From Verrucomicrobiales bacterium (GTDB lineage Bacteria; Verrucomicrobiota; Verrucomicrobiia; Verrucomicrobiales; DEV007): DNA of 64,000 bases. This document shows positions 28,038 through 37,770 of the stretch, one piece after another (within the stretch, counting starts at the first letter, position 1; each line of letters begins with the position of its first letter). A program made the translations under genes and the position numbers. The stretch covers positions 46,826-110,825 of the forward strand of contig CBDBEZ010000134.1 in NCBI GenBank assembly GCA_965204485.1, written 5' to 3'. A model generated the notes under the pieces. That model did no database searches, was not told the DNA's origin, and was given only the letters and a program-made list of their open reading frames with translations.

Positions 28038-29003
28038 TCAGTCCTGTGCCGAGGCGGGATAATGCTTGTCAATCCATTCGGGGAAGGCGTAGCGCGCCAG
28101 GTAAATCACCCAGGCCGCCTGGACGGTGGGATGCTGATGGGATCGAGCCCTCGGGTTTTGCAAGGTGCGCCAGCCCGGGCCCCAGCCGTGCCAGGAGAAG
28201 CGCCAGCCGCCGTCGTCCAGCTGGTTGGCTAGCACGCGCTCGACCCAACGTGGCTTGACCAGTTCCGGGCGCCCGGTCATGAGGAGGCATAGAATCCGTT
28301 GGATCGAGAGGTCGGTGATTTTGAAGTCGCGGTCGGCCTCCAGGGCGATTCGGTTCCCGAGATGCCGGATCATCCGTTTGGTTTTTTCGTCGTGGGGATT
28401 CTGAAAGAGATAAAAGTAGTGCGCGAAGAGCTGGTGAGTGAGTTCGTAGCCGCGATGCCCCTCGGGATCCCACAGGCTCGCCTTGTCCGCATCGCTGATG
28501 GGGGTTCCGCCGGGATCCATGGCGTAGACGAACCAGCGTTGATAAGGCATCAACGCGTTCCGTTCACGCGCGGGGAGCGGGGCCGTGTTGGCGTTCGGGT
28601 CGACCATGCGTTGCCAGAAATGGCCTCCGACCAGGAGTCGGTAGTCGTTGACCACGCGGTCCAGCAGGGGGCTGGGCCTCAGTTTGGACATCTCGTTCGC
28701 CATGTGGATCAGCGCAGGATTGCGTTTGGATTCCATGCCCTCGGCGCGCGCTTTGAGCCAGGCATCGTTCTGGGCGATCGCCGCGTCGAGCTTCGTCAGG
28801 GTGGCGCCTCGTGTATCGATCGAAGGGCCCTTGTTGTGATTGTAGAAGGCCAAGGCCAGTAGGGAACTGCTGATGGCGCAGAAAAGAATGACGAGGAAAA
28901 AGAGGCGTCGGCGCCAGGACACTCCTCCAGCGGCTGGGCTCGCGGGCACGGCGGGGTCCGTCGATTCAGACGGGTTCGAGGAGATGGATGGCGAATCAGT
29001 CAT
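28038..29003 (-). CDS. Hypothetical membrane-anchored protein, apparently translationally coupled to cinA
   Basis: The Met at 29003 overlaps the cinA stop (ATGACTGA). TM segment LFFLVILFCAISSSLLALAF. The upstream part of ORF 28038-29195 lies inside cinA. Confidence 0.6.
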   Translation of the reverse strand: MTDSPSISSNPSESTDPAVPASPAAGGVSWRRRLFFLVILFCAISSSLLALAFYNHNKGPSIDTRGATLTKLDAAIAQNDAWLKARAEGMESKRNPALIHMANEMSKLRPSPLLDRVVNDYRLLVGGHFWQRMVDPNANTAPLPARERNALMPYQRWFVYAMDPGGTPISDADKASLWDPEGHRGYELTHQLFAHYFYLFQNPHDEKTKRMIRHLGNRIALEADRDFKITDLSIQRILCLLMTGRPELVKPRWVERVLANQLDDGGWRFSWHGWGPGWRTLQNPRARSHQHPTVQAAWVIYLARYAFPEWIDKHYPASAQD

Positions 29004-30237
29004 GGTCGTGCAAGGGATGGCCGAGAAGCCGGCGACGCAAGAGATCGAGCGCTCGCTGGGTGGTGCGCCACTTGAAGGTTTCGCGGTCCGTTGGGTAATA
29101 ACAGGTTTCCACATGGGTCTCGGCATGGGCGCTGGCCAGGCCGATGAAGACCGTTCCCACGGGTTTCTCTTTCGATCCTCCGAGAGGGCCGGCAATGCCC
29201 GTGACGCCTATCCCGTGATCGGCTCCGGAGATCCTTCGGACACCTTCGGCCATTTGCGCCGCCACGGGGGCGCTGACGACCCCGAGACGTTCGATGAGGG
29301 CCTCGTCGACGCCTAACAAGCGTGTCTTCACTTCGTTGGCGTAGGTCACGTGCGCCTCCGCGAGAACCGCCGAAGCCCCGGAGACGTTGGTCAGCCGGTG
29401 CGCCAGGAGACCTCCAGTGCAGGATTCGGCGAACGAGACCCATTGTCGCCGTTCGGTCAGGAGCTTGACGATCACTTCTTCGATGGATTGGAGATCATCG
29501 CTTACCAGATGATGAGGATAGATGTCCTGGACAACGGCGGCGGCCTGAGTCAGGGCCGTCGCGCTTCCCACGCCGCGCAGGTGAACTTCCATGGTTTTGG
29601 CACAGTAGCCGATTTCCAGTCCATGGATTTTTGACAGCGCGGGCTCGAGACGATCGGCGAGTTCCGATTCGCCCAGCCCGCAGAACTTCCATTCGCGACT
29701 GGATTGACCCGGTGTCGTGGCGATCTCCCTCAACAAGGGCAGCACCTGTTCCTCGACCATGGGATAGAGTTCACGCGGCGGGCCCGGCAGGAGGAAAAGG
29801 TGCGGATGGCTGGACGATCGGGGGAGGTAGAGGCCGGGGGCCGTCCCGTGGCCGTTGGGCAACACGGTGGTACCTTCGGGCACCATCGACTGGCGTTTTC
29901 CCCCTTCGCCGAAGGGCCGATCGCGCAGGGCGTAGTAGGTTCGGATGTTGGCCGCGACTTCCTCGTCGAAGTGAAGTTTTCGCCCTAACAATACGGCGGT
30001 CAGCTCTCGTGTGATATCATCGCTGGTAGGTCCCAGGCCTCCCGTGACGAGAATGATGTCGGCATGGGAAAAACGCTCTTGCAGCACGTCCCGGATGACG
30101 TCGCCGTCGGGAATGCAGAGCTGCCGCTGGATGCGAAGGCCCGCTAGAAAGAGTTTCTCTCCCAGATAGCTGAGATGGGTGTTGAGGGTTCGCCCCAATA
30201 CCAACTCGGTGCCTGTGTTGATGACGTCGACGCGCAC
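28996..30237 (-). CDS. cinA: CinA-family protein (MoCF-type domain plus nicotinamide-nucleotide amidohydrolase PncC domain)
   Basis: MRVDVINTGTELVLGRTLNTHLSYLGEKL.., ..VTGGLGPTSDDITRE.., and a C-terminal ESCTGGLLAHRLT..GASAV block. Confidence 0.88.
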   Translation of the reverse strand: MRVDVINTGTELVLGRTLNTHLSYLGEKLFLAGLRIQRQLCIPDGDVIRDVLQERFSHADIILVTGGLGPTSDDITRELTAVLLGRKLHFDEEVAANIRTYYALRDRPFGEGGKRQSMVPEGTTVLPNGHGTAPGLYLPRSSSHPHLFLLPGPPRELYPMVEEQVLPLLREIATTPGQSSREWKFCGLGESELADRLEPALSKIHGLEIGYCAKTMEVHLRGVGSATALTQAAAVVQDIYPHHLVSDDLQSIEEVIVKLLTERRQWVSFAESCTGGLLAHRLTNVSGASAVLAEAHVTYANEVKTRLLGVDEALIERLGVVSAPVAAQMAEGVRRISGADHGIGVTGIAGPLGGSKEKPVGTVFIGLASAHAETHVETCYYPTDRETFKWRTTQRALDLLRRRLLGHPLHDHD

Positions 30238-30398
30238 GTCCCGAGGCTAATGCAGCGTGGAGAAAACGAAAGCCCGAGTTGGCTGGGGTGGCCGGGCGAT
30301 CAAGGAGGATCGCGTCAACCTGCTTGCCGCCGCTGTGGGAGGATTCGCGGCGCGGCGACCCATGGCGAGCGGCTTGCCCGCCGGTCCCGTGCGACCGA

Positions 30399-30842
30399 TC
30401 ACTTAAGAGATGCGGTCGAGTCCCCCGCGGTGACCGGTTCCTTCACAAGAGGCTCGCCGGTCCGCCAGTCAAGCCGGGGCGCGTCGGCCCAGAGATCCTC
30501 GATGGCGTAGCGCGCGCGCGTGTCGCGATGGAGGATGTGGACGACCACATCGATGTAGTCGAGAACCATCCAGTGGCTCTCGGCGCCGCCGTCTCGGTGA
30601 TTGGGGCGGACCCCTTCTTTCTCAGCAAGCTTCGCGAGGATTTCGTCGCGGATGGCCTTGAGATGGGGGAGCGATCGGCCCGCGCCCATGACAAAGAAGT
30701 CACAGAGCTGGGAGAGCCCGCGGAGATCGAGGATCACCACGTCTTCGGACTGTTTCTCGAAGGCATGGCGGCCGCAGGCGCAGGCCAAGGGCAGGCCAAC
30801 GAGTTCGGCGGAGGAAGCGGTGGAGGGTGAGGGTGATGACAT
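30399..30842 (-). CDS. rsfS: Ribosome silencing factor RsfS (Iojap family)
   Basis: ..EDVVILDLRGLSQLCDFFVMGAGRSLPHLKAIRDEI..WMVLDYIDVVVHILHRDTRARYAIEDLW. Start taken at the Met at 30842. Confidence 0.85.
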   Translation of the reverse strand: MSSPSPSTASSAELVGLPLACACGRHAFEKQSEDVVILDLRGLSQLCDFFVMGAGRSLPHLKAIRDEILAKLAEKEGVRPNHRDGGAESHWMVLDYIDVVVHILHRDTRARYAIEDLWADAPRLDWRTGEPLVKEPVTAGDSTASLK

Positions 30843-30864
30843 CGAGCCGGGAGGAGGGGAAAGT

Positions 30865-32127
30865 TCAGGGATACAGTAGGTAGGGTTGGCGTTGGCGTCG
30901 GAACCGCGTGTTTTCCGCCTGCCAAGAGCGGATGAGTGATTGTGGAGACTCTCCACGTCGCAAGGCTTTCTCGAGACGATCGCTGCCGTAAACCTTGTTG
31001 AAAAGGCTCAGTCCGGAGGCCGAAACGCGACTCAAAAGTCCCTGAGGAACGCGTCGATGCAACGCCAAAATACAGGCCACGTCGACCGCCACGGGATCCA
31101 CCGGGGCTCGTGGATTGACATGGAGACGGCTCCCGTTGCGGCCCGGCCGAGTCGCGCTGACGTAGGGTTCGAAACGGACCCCGGGAAACCCATAGGCATT
31201 CATGGTCCGACTGAATTCCTCGGGATCGACCTGGTAACCGGCCGCGTATTCGAAGGGGTTGGGCGTTCCGATCCCGATATCGACCGGCATCAGGCCACCC
31301 AGCATGCCGATCATGGCATAGAAAAGCGGTGAGATCGGTTTGGGAATGTTGGGTGAGGTGGGATGCCAGGTGAGCCCGGTGTCCTGCCAGAGCATGCGTC
31401 GGTTCCAGCCGCGCATGCGGACGACATGAATTTCGGGACGGCTGGCGATCCAGCCCTGGGCATTGGTCATGAGCGCGAGTTCTCCGACGGTCATCCCGTG
31501 CACGTAGGGAACGGGAATTTGTCCGACGAAGGATTGCCAGGCCATTTCCAGGGGAGGGCCGTGGATGCCTTCTCCGCCGAGGGGATTGGGACGGTCGAGA
31601 ACGACGAAGGGAATTCCCCGCTCGCCGCAGGCCTCCATGGCTTTCGCCATGGTGCTGATGTAAGTGTAACTCCGCACGCCGATGTCCTGGAGATCGAACA
31701 CCATGATGTCGATCGGGAGAAGCTGGGCCGGACTGGGTTTTCGTGTGGGGCCGTAGAGGGAATGGACCGTCAGTCCCGTTAGGGGATCCCGCCGGGTGGG
31801 GATGTGGTCGCCCGCCTTGACGTCGCCGTCGATGCCGTGTTCGGGGGCGTAGAGCGCGGTGAGGTTGACCCTGGGCGATCGCTGCAGGACCACGCGGGTT
31901 CGCTGTCCGCGTCGATTGTAACTCGTGTGGTTGGTGATCAATCCGACGCGTTTGCCCGCGAGGAGAGCGAAGTTCTGCGCTTCCAGCACATCAATGCCCA
32001 GCATGAGGGGGCCGTCGTAGGGAGCGGAGGACGAAGGGGTCCCGGGGTTGCCTCGGTTCGCGCAAGAACAGAACGAGACCGCGATGAGGAGGGCGGCCAA
32101 AAAGCTTTTGAGATCCAAGGACGTCAC
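30865..32127 (-). CDS. DUF1343 / NamZ-like exo-beta-N-acetylmuramidase family protein, secreted or lipoprotein
   Basis: GKRVGLITNHTS.., ..LYAPEHG.., MVFDLQDIGVRSYTYISTM.., VVLDRPNPLGG.. are typical of DUF1343. N-terminal signal with Cys. Confidence 0.8.
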   Translation of the reverse strand: MTSLDLKSFLAALLIAVSFCSCANRGNPGTPSSSAPYDGPLMLGIDVLEAQNFALLAGKRVGLITNHTSYNRRGQRTRVVLQRSPRVNLTALYAPEHGIDGDVKAGDHIPTRRDPLTGLTVHSLYGPTRKPSPAQLLPIDIMVFDLQDIGVRSYTYISTMAKAMEACGERGIPFVVLDRPNPLGGEGIHGPPLEMAWQSFVGQIPVPYVHGMTVGELALMTNAQGWIASRPEIHVVRMRGWNRRMLWQDTGLTWHPTSPNIPKPISPLFYAMIGMLGGLMPVDIGIGTPNPFEYAAGYQVDPEEFSRTMNAYGFPGVRFEPYVSATRPGRNGSRLHVNPRAPVDPVAVDVACILALHRRVPQGLLSRVSASGLSLFNKVYGSDRLEKALRRGESPQSLIRSWQAENTRFRRQRQPYLLYP

Positions 32128-32146
32128 TGTTAAGTAGCTCGATTCT

Positions 32147-33256
32147 ATGGAAGATCAGTTTCTGGGTCAACTCTTGCTCATGGGAATCCCGGGTCCCGAG
32201 CTGGATAGGGAGACCGCCCGCCGCCTCAAGGCGATTCAACCGGGCGGTTTCATCATTTTTGGGCGCAACATCAAGTCAGCGGAGCAGGTGCGCCGTTTGC
32301 TTGATGATCTGCGGGACTTGAGCGAGGTGGAACCGATCCTGACGATCGATCAAGAGGGCGGGCGGGTGTCGCGTCTGCGCTTGATCGGCCAGGAACCGCC
32401 CAACGCCCAGGAGCTTCGGAAAAAGGGTGACCTGAAATGGATCAAGCGGCACGGGCAGTTGACGGGAGACCTTCTGCGGCTGTTCGGATTCAACATCGAT
32501 CTCTGCCCCGTGCTCGACGTGTCGCACGATGACGAGGCGGACAACTCTCTGAAAGGCCGCTGCTATGGCACGACGGTCAACGAAGTGATCGAGAAGGCGG
32601 CCACCTTCAATCTGGCCATGCGCAAGCAGGGCATTCTGAGCTGTGGAAAGCATTTTCCGGGTTACGCCAACGCGGAGGTCGACGCCCATCACGAGTTGCC
32701 CATGATCACCCGGTCGAGAGAAGAATTGGAGGCGGAGGAGTTGGCGCCCTTCCGGGCACTCTCGCCCGATCTGGACAGCGTGATGGTCTGTCACTCCCAC
32801 TACACCGCCTACGACGCCGACCGGCCCCGCTGGCCGGCCTCGCTTTCGAAGAATATCATCACTCAGGTCTTGCGAAATCAGTTAGGTTACGACCACGGTC
32901 TCGTGATGACCGATGACCTCGACATGGGAGCCATTCTCAATGAAGTGGATTTTCCAGACGTGATCCGGGAATGCATCCTGGCGGGCAATGATCTCGCGAT
33001 GATCTGTCACCGGGTCGAGATGGTGGAGGAAGCGAAAAAGCATCTCGCGACCTTGCCCGAGACCTTGCTCGATGAGGCCCACGAGCGGATTTGTCGATTC
33101 AAGGATCGCCTGGCGGCGCCGCATCCTTTCAGTCAGGAAGCCTTCGAGTCCATCAATGAAAACATTTGGAAACTGCGCGTTGAGGTGATGGGAGAGGAGC
33201 GCGCGAAGCTGCTCAGTGTGGAAGACGGAAAACGCTCGCCGGTCGAGACTTACTGA
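32147..33256 (+). CDS. nagZ: Beta-N-acetylhexosaminidase (GH3)
   Basis: GGFIIFGRNI, LTIDQEGGRVSRL, KHFPGYANAEVDAHHELP, MTDDLDMGA. Confidence 0.88.
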   Translation: MEDQFLGQLLLMGIPGPELDRETARRLKAIQPGGFIIFGRNIKSAEQVRRLLDDLRDLSEVEPILTIDQEGGRVSRLRLIGQEPPNAQELRKKGDLKWIKRHGQLTGDLLRLFGFNIDLCPVLDVSHDDEADNSLKGRCYGTTVNEVIEKAATFNLAMRKQGILSCGKHFPGYANAEVDAHHELPMITRSREELEAEELAPFRALSPDLDSVMVCHSHYTAYDADRPRWPASLSKNIITQVLRNQLGYDHGLVMTDDLDMGAILNEVDFPDVIRECILAGNDLAMICHRVEMVEEAKKHLATLPETLLDEAHERICRFKDRLAAPHPFSQEAFESINENIWKLRVEVMGEERAKLLSVEDGKRSPVETY

Positions 33257-33289
33257 CTCACATCTGACCGATAATTCGAGGGCTTTACG

Positions 33290-33439
33290 CTAGTCTATTC
33301 CGAGGGCTTCAGCGCATTGATCAGATTCAAGTGATCCGGGATCCATATGGAGGGCTCGATTCAGGAAATCTTCCACTTCGCTGTCGATGGCTTCGAGAAT
33401 GCGGTCGAGAGTTTCTTTCCCAAACGTATCGGCTAGGGC
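33290..33439 (-). pseudogene. 3' end of gene X (unidentified), cut by an IS-A insertion
   Basis: The frame ADTFGKETLDRILEAIDSEVEDFLNRALHMDPGSLESDQCAEALGID* continues the 13834-14015 fragment. It ends in CGGCTAGGGC (33430-33439) directly abutting the IS-A left terminus. Confidence 0.4.
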
Positions 33440-33679
33440 CAATGCCTTTAGGGAAAGATCCAAAATATTTTAGATAAATTTTGCATTTTACCATAATAGT
33501 TATAATTAGGGTGGATGCCTCACTCCCATCCCAATCGAGTTAGCGGTTTCCTTGGTCAGTTCGAACATCTTTTCGGATTCGTTCGCGATCGCTTCGAACG
33601 CTTGCAGAACCCAGGCCGCGGCCCCAACCCCAAGCTGCCGGCCTGGGATCTTCTCGCCTCCCTGGTCTATCACGTGATC
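33440..33679 (+). mobile_element. IS-A left-end fragment (240 bp), truncated by IS-B copy 4
   Basis: CAATGCCTTTAGGGAAAGATCC.. through ..CTATCACGTGATC, then the IS-B terminus at 33680. Confidence 0.88.
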
Positions 33680-33853
33680 CAGCGATTCCGTAAGATAGGC
33701 GGCTGAGGCGGCTCAAGCCCTGTATTTTTGGGTAATTCGGATCGGCAGCGCCCATTTTTGACCCCATGGCAAATTCGCATTCGTTATTTCATCTTTTTTA
33801 AGCTTGTTTCTGTAATAGTTTTATATTACAGCTCGCTGAGCGAGCCGACCTTC

Positions 33854-34312
33854 ATGCCAAGCAGAAACTCCCTGCCCCCCACCGAACGCCAGATTCGCAG
33901 CCGCCTCCGCCAGCTCCTCGACCAGGCCGAAGGCTTCCTTCACGGCTCGCCCATCGAACTCTCTCGTAAATGCGGCAAGCCCACTTGCCGTTGCGCTTCC
34001 GACGACTCCTTGCGCCATCACTCCTTGGCCATCGGTCAGACTCGCAAGGGCAAGACCACCATGCTGCACGTCCCCAGACCGTTGGAAGCTCAGGCGAGAC
34101 GCTGGATCGATGATTTCCAGAAGGCGAATGCTCTGCTGGAAGCCCTCGACGAGCAGGGGCGCCTCCGACTCGAGGAGGCAAAAACCAAGGCCAGAGCGGC
34201 GAGTAGCTCCGCCAAGAAGAAGGGCAAGACCGGTAAGAAATCAGCCGGCAAAGCCAAGTCCGGGCGCAATTCTCCACCAAAAAAGAAGCGACCATTCTCA
34301 CGCGACTACTAA
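33854..34312 (+). CDS. IS-B orfA (DUF6788-like), copy 4
   Basis: 152 aa with one substitution (R->H) relative to 16260-16718. Confidence 0.65.
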   Translation: MPSRNSLPPTERQIRSRLRQLLDQAEGFLHGSPIELSRKCGKPTCRCASDDSLRHHSLAIGQTRKGKTTMLHVPRPLEAQARRWIDDFQKANALLEALDEQGRLRLEEAKTKARAASSSAKKKGKTGKKSAGKAKSGRNSPPKKKRPFSRDY

Positions 34313-34382
34313 CTTACGCGGACAAGATTTTCAGCCTCCGCCAACTGAGATGCAAGGGATTTATGGACCAAATTTAGCTTAG

Positions 34383-35231
34383 TTAGATGTTAGTATTTGC
34401 TTCGAATTGAGCAGGTGTTTGGTAGTCGAGTGAGGAATGTTTCCGTTTGGTATTGTAGTACGATTCGATGTAGTCAAATAGTTCGGTCCGGGCGTCTTCT
34501 TCGTTGATGAAACAGCCACCTCGGATCATCTCCGCCTTCAAAGTGCCGATCATTGATTCGGTCCAGGCGTTGTGATAGGGATTACCTCTAGCTGACATGC
34601 TTTGCAGCATCCCGGCTTGAGATAACACTTTGCGAAAAGCGCGGCTTCCATACTGACTTCCTCGGTCGCTGTGAAAGATTCTGCCAGGCTTCTTAGGAGT
34701 CGAAGCCAGGGCCATCTCCAGTGCATGGACCACGAGCTCGGCTCGCATGTGATCTGCGAGCACCCACCCGACCACTCGCCTCGAATAGAGGTCGATTACG
34801 ACAGCGAGGTAGAGCCAGCCATCTGCAGTGCGTATGTGCGTGATATCGCCAGCCCAAACTTGGTTGGGCTTCTCAGGTTCCGGTTGGTTTTCCAACAGAT
34901 TCTGCGAGGGCTTGTCGGCCCGGCCATCGCTGGTTTTGGGCACGAATTTTCTGGGCTGAATTGCACGTAACTCTCTCTCTGCCATGAGTCTACGCACGCG
35001 ATCTAATGAGCATTGGATCTCCATGTCGCGAAGCTCCTGATAAATTCTGCGATGGCCATAGCGCCCGCGGTGTTCCCGGAAGATCTTCTCGATGACATCA
35101 CCAATTTCCTGGTCACTTTGCTGAGTCGGTGTCGGCTTTGCAGCATGATAGTAGCTGCTTCGCGGCAAATTCAAGGTGGCGCAGATTTGGCGGACACTAT
35201 GCCCGGTTACCTGATGTATCGACCCAATCAT
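34383..35231 (-). CDS. IS3-family orfB transposase (282 aa, intact)
   Basis: DDE(35)E integrase core (WAGDITHI, DLYSRRVVGW, HSDRGSQY, ..E..YNTKRKHSSLDY). Its ATG overlaps the orfA stop (ATGA). Confidence 0.88.
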   Translation of the reverse strand: MIGSIHQVTGHSVRQICATLNLPRSSYYHAAKPTPTQQSDQEIGDVIEKIFREHRGRYGHRRIYQELRDMEIQCSLDRVRRLMAERELRAIQPRKFVPKTSDGRADKPSQNLLENQPEPEKPNQVWAGDITHIRTADGWLYLAVVIDLYSRRVVGWVLADHMRAELVVHALEMALASTPKKPGRIFHSDRGSQYGSRAFRKVLSQAGMLQSMSARGNPYHNAWTESMIGTLKAEMIRGGCFINEEDARTELFDYIESYYNTKRKHSSLDYQTPAQFEANTNI

Positions 35232-35539
35232 TTCGCGGGTTTCGGCTGGGGAGAGGTCCCTAGGATGAGAGCGGCTTTTTTTAAAATGTCGTTCTCGACC
35301 TTGAGTTGTGAGAGCTCGCGTCGAAGCCGACGCAGTTCGGCCGCTTCGGCCTCCTCGCCTTCGGCTCGTTGACCTACGCGGCCGAACTGCGTCGGCTTCG
35401 GCCCTTCACGTCTCCAGCGATATAGGAGATCGGTGCTGATGCCGAGATCCGCAGCCACGTCGGATACGGGCTTTCCGATTTCCAGGAGTTGGACTGCTTG
35501 CGCCTTGAATTCGTCAGTGTATCTCTTTCTGGTTTTCAT
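35228..35539 (-). CDS. IS3-family orfA (103 aa, HTH plus leucine-zipper-like region)
   Basis: MKTRKRYTDEFKAQAVQLLEIGKPVSDVAADLGISTDLLYRWRRE..LRRLRRELSQLKVENDILKKA. Confidence 0.85.
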   Translation of the reverse strand: MKTRKRYTDEFKAQAVQLLEIGKPVSDVAADLGISTDLLYRWRREGPKPTQFGRVGQRAEGEEAEAAELRRLRRELSQLKVENDILKKAALILGTSPQPKPAK

Positions 35540-35651
35540 GGTCAGAGTATGGGAGTTGCTTAACGAGTGGTCCAGAAATCTACCACACCTCAGAGCCTGG
35601 AGACGACGAAGTCGCTGCGGCTATACGGCTGATAACTCGCGTCCTTAAGGA

Positions 35652-37087
35652 CAATGCCTTTAGGGAAAGATCCAAAATATTTTAGATAAATGTTGCATTT
35701 TACCATAATAGTTATAATTGGGGTGGATGCCTCACTCCCATCCCAATCAAGTTAGCGGTTTCCTTGGTCAGTTCGAACATCTTTTCGGATTCGTTCGCGG
35801 TCGCTTCGAACGCTTGCAGAACCCAGGCCGCGGCCCCAACCTCAAGCTGCCGGCCTAGGATCTTCTCGCCTCCCTGGTCTATCACGTGATCAGTGATGCT
35901 GGCCATTTCTCGGCCCATGTGTTCCAGTTGTTCGAGGTGGTGATCAAGGATAGTTCGCTCTCGGAACGGCGCCAGAGGATGGGGCTTGAGCCATTCGCTT
36001 GGCTCATGAAGCAGGTGTTAAAGCCCCTCGCCGATGGACGCGTACACAAGGGATGTTTCTACAAGGGGCTGCGCCTGTGCGGGATCGATGGCTCGAAATG
36101 GAGCGTCATGAACACGCCGCAGGTTCTGGCTGCCATGAGCAAGGCGGCCTCCAGGAGAATGACCGCCGCCTTTGCGAAAATAGAGATGTGCGCGCTCGTG
36201 GAACTTGGCATCCACAACCCGTTGGCGGCGACGGTCGGCCTGAAAGGAGAAGGCGAATGGACCCTGGCCAAAGAACTTCTCGGGAGTCTGCCGAAGAGGA
36301 GTCTGCTGATTGTCGACCGGCTTTACGGTTGCGGGAAGTATCTCGACGAACTCGTGAAATCATGCCGGGCGGCACATAGTGAATTGTTGGTGAAGGCACG
36401 CGGCAGCAACAAGAGCCATAAGACTGAAAGGCTCTCCGATGGAAGCGCGCTGGTCAGCATCAGGGTGCCCAGAAAGAAGGCTAATGGGCCGCGGGAGAAT
36501 CAAGGGGAGATCCGTATCCGTGAGATTCGAGGCCGGATCAGGAAGCCGGGGGCACGACAGTGGAGCGAGGAGAGGCTATGGACGACGCTTATTGATGAGC
36601 AGGAGTATCCGGCGCAGGAATTGCTGGAGCTCTATGCCCTGCGCTGGGAACACGAGATATTCTACAAGGAACTCAAGCTCCACATGCGCGGGAATGACGT
36701 TCTTCATAGCCATACGCCAGAAACAGCGGCCCAGGAGGTGGCGGCATTGCTCATGGCCTGCTCGATCATCGCGCAGGAGCGATGCGAAGCCGCGAAAAGC
36801 GGCAACATCCAGCCGTTGAGCATCAGTTTCCTGAAGACGCTCGACAAAATGAATTCACTATGGGCAGTGTTCGAAGTGTCCGAGGGACTGCTGACCGAAG
36901 AGACAAAACAGGAGATGGTAGCGCGAGTCAGAGAATTGATCGTTCGGGAGGCAATACCGAAAAGACGACAAAGGAGTTGCCCGCGCAAAGTCCGCCAACC
37001 GGTGACGAGTTGGCCTAGGCTAACAGAAAACGACTCTCGTGAGGGCGAGTTCCTGCTGGAGATTGTTAGCTTTCCCTAAAGGCATTG
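35652..37087 (+). mobile_element. IS-A (IS4 family) copy nested in IS-B copy 4, 10-bp TSD (1 mismatch)
   Basis: Termini as in the other copies. TCCTTAAGGA at 35642-35651 and TCCTTGAGGA at 37088-37097. Confidence 0.9.
35886..37079 (+). pseudogene. IS-A IS4-family transposase, N-terminally cut off by an in-frame TAG (35846-35848); the remaining ORF is 397 aa
   Basis: YREK signature YALRWEHEIFYKELK. Candidate DDE residues in LCGIDGSK, LLIVDRLYG and the YREK Glu. The Trp codon TGG seen at 11071-11073 and 33642-33644 is TAG here. Confidence 0.8.
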
Positions 37088-37770
37088 TCCTTGAGGACCA
37101 CCCACGCTGCTTTGACGTGCTCACTGCCGATGCGCTCTACCTGCGTCCCTCCGTGATCAATCTTCTTGAAGACCACGGCAAATACCTTGTTGCCGTACTC
37201 AAGGATAATCAGCCTGAGCTATTGTCCGAAGCCCACACGCTCCTGCCCCTTGAGGAGCAAGAGCCAGAATCATTTGAGACTCCGGCTGCACCGGGCAAGC
37301 CCGCGCGGCACGTTCATTTACAAGAGGCTGAGGGCTTCTGCACTGAATCCATTCACACTCCTCTTCGCGTTGTTCATTCCCATGAGACTGGCATCCGTCG
37401 CGAGCGCGTCGCTGGGGGTTGGGTCGAGACTCCCATCGATAGCCACTGGTGGTGGGCGACGACCATGCCCCGCTCAATGGCCGATGCCAAGACCATCTTC
37501 CATTTCGGGCACGACCGTTGGAAGGTCGAAAACGAAGGCTTTAACGAACTCTGCTCCCGCTGGCATTCCGGTCATTGCTATCACCATCATCCCAATTCCA
37601 TTCTCGTTCTGTGGCTGATCATGTTCATGGCCCACGCCGTGTTCCACTGCTTCCACAAGCGCAACTTGAAGCCAGAGATACGCCGTGGACACACGGCCAT
37701 CTATTTTGCCCGTCAACTCGCCGCCTCCATGCGAGAGGATCGATGGTGGCCGCCACCGGCTCCGGGCTGA
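37088..37770 (+). pseudogene. IS-B transposase C-terminal part (copy 4)
   Basis: HPRCFDVLTADALYL..DRWKVENEGFNEL.. is identical in layout to residues ~175-400 of 16766-17968. Confidence 0.85.

Larger units (their letters stand above)
34346..35592 (-). mobile_element. IS3-family element (IS-G) copy 2, complete 1247 bp
   Basis: Same termini as copy 1. Its left junction lies in the loop of the IS-B orfA/transposase hairpin (..CAGCCTCCGCCAAC|TGAGATG). The flanks are non-contiguous IS-B positions. Confidence 0.9.
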
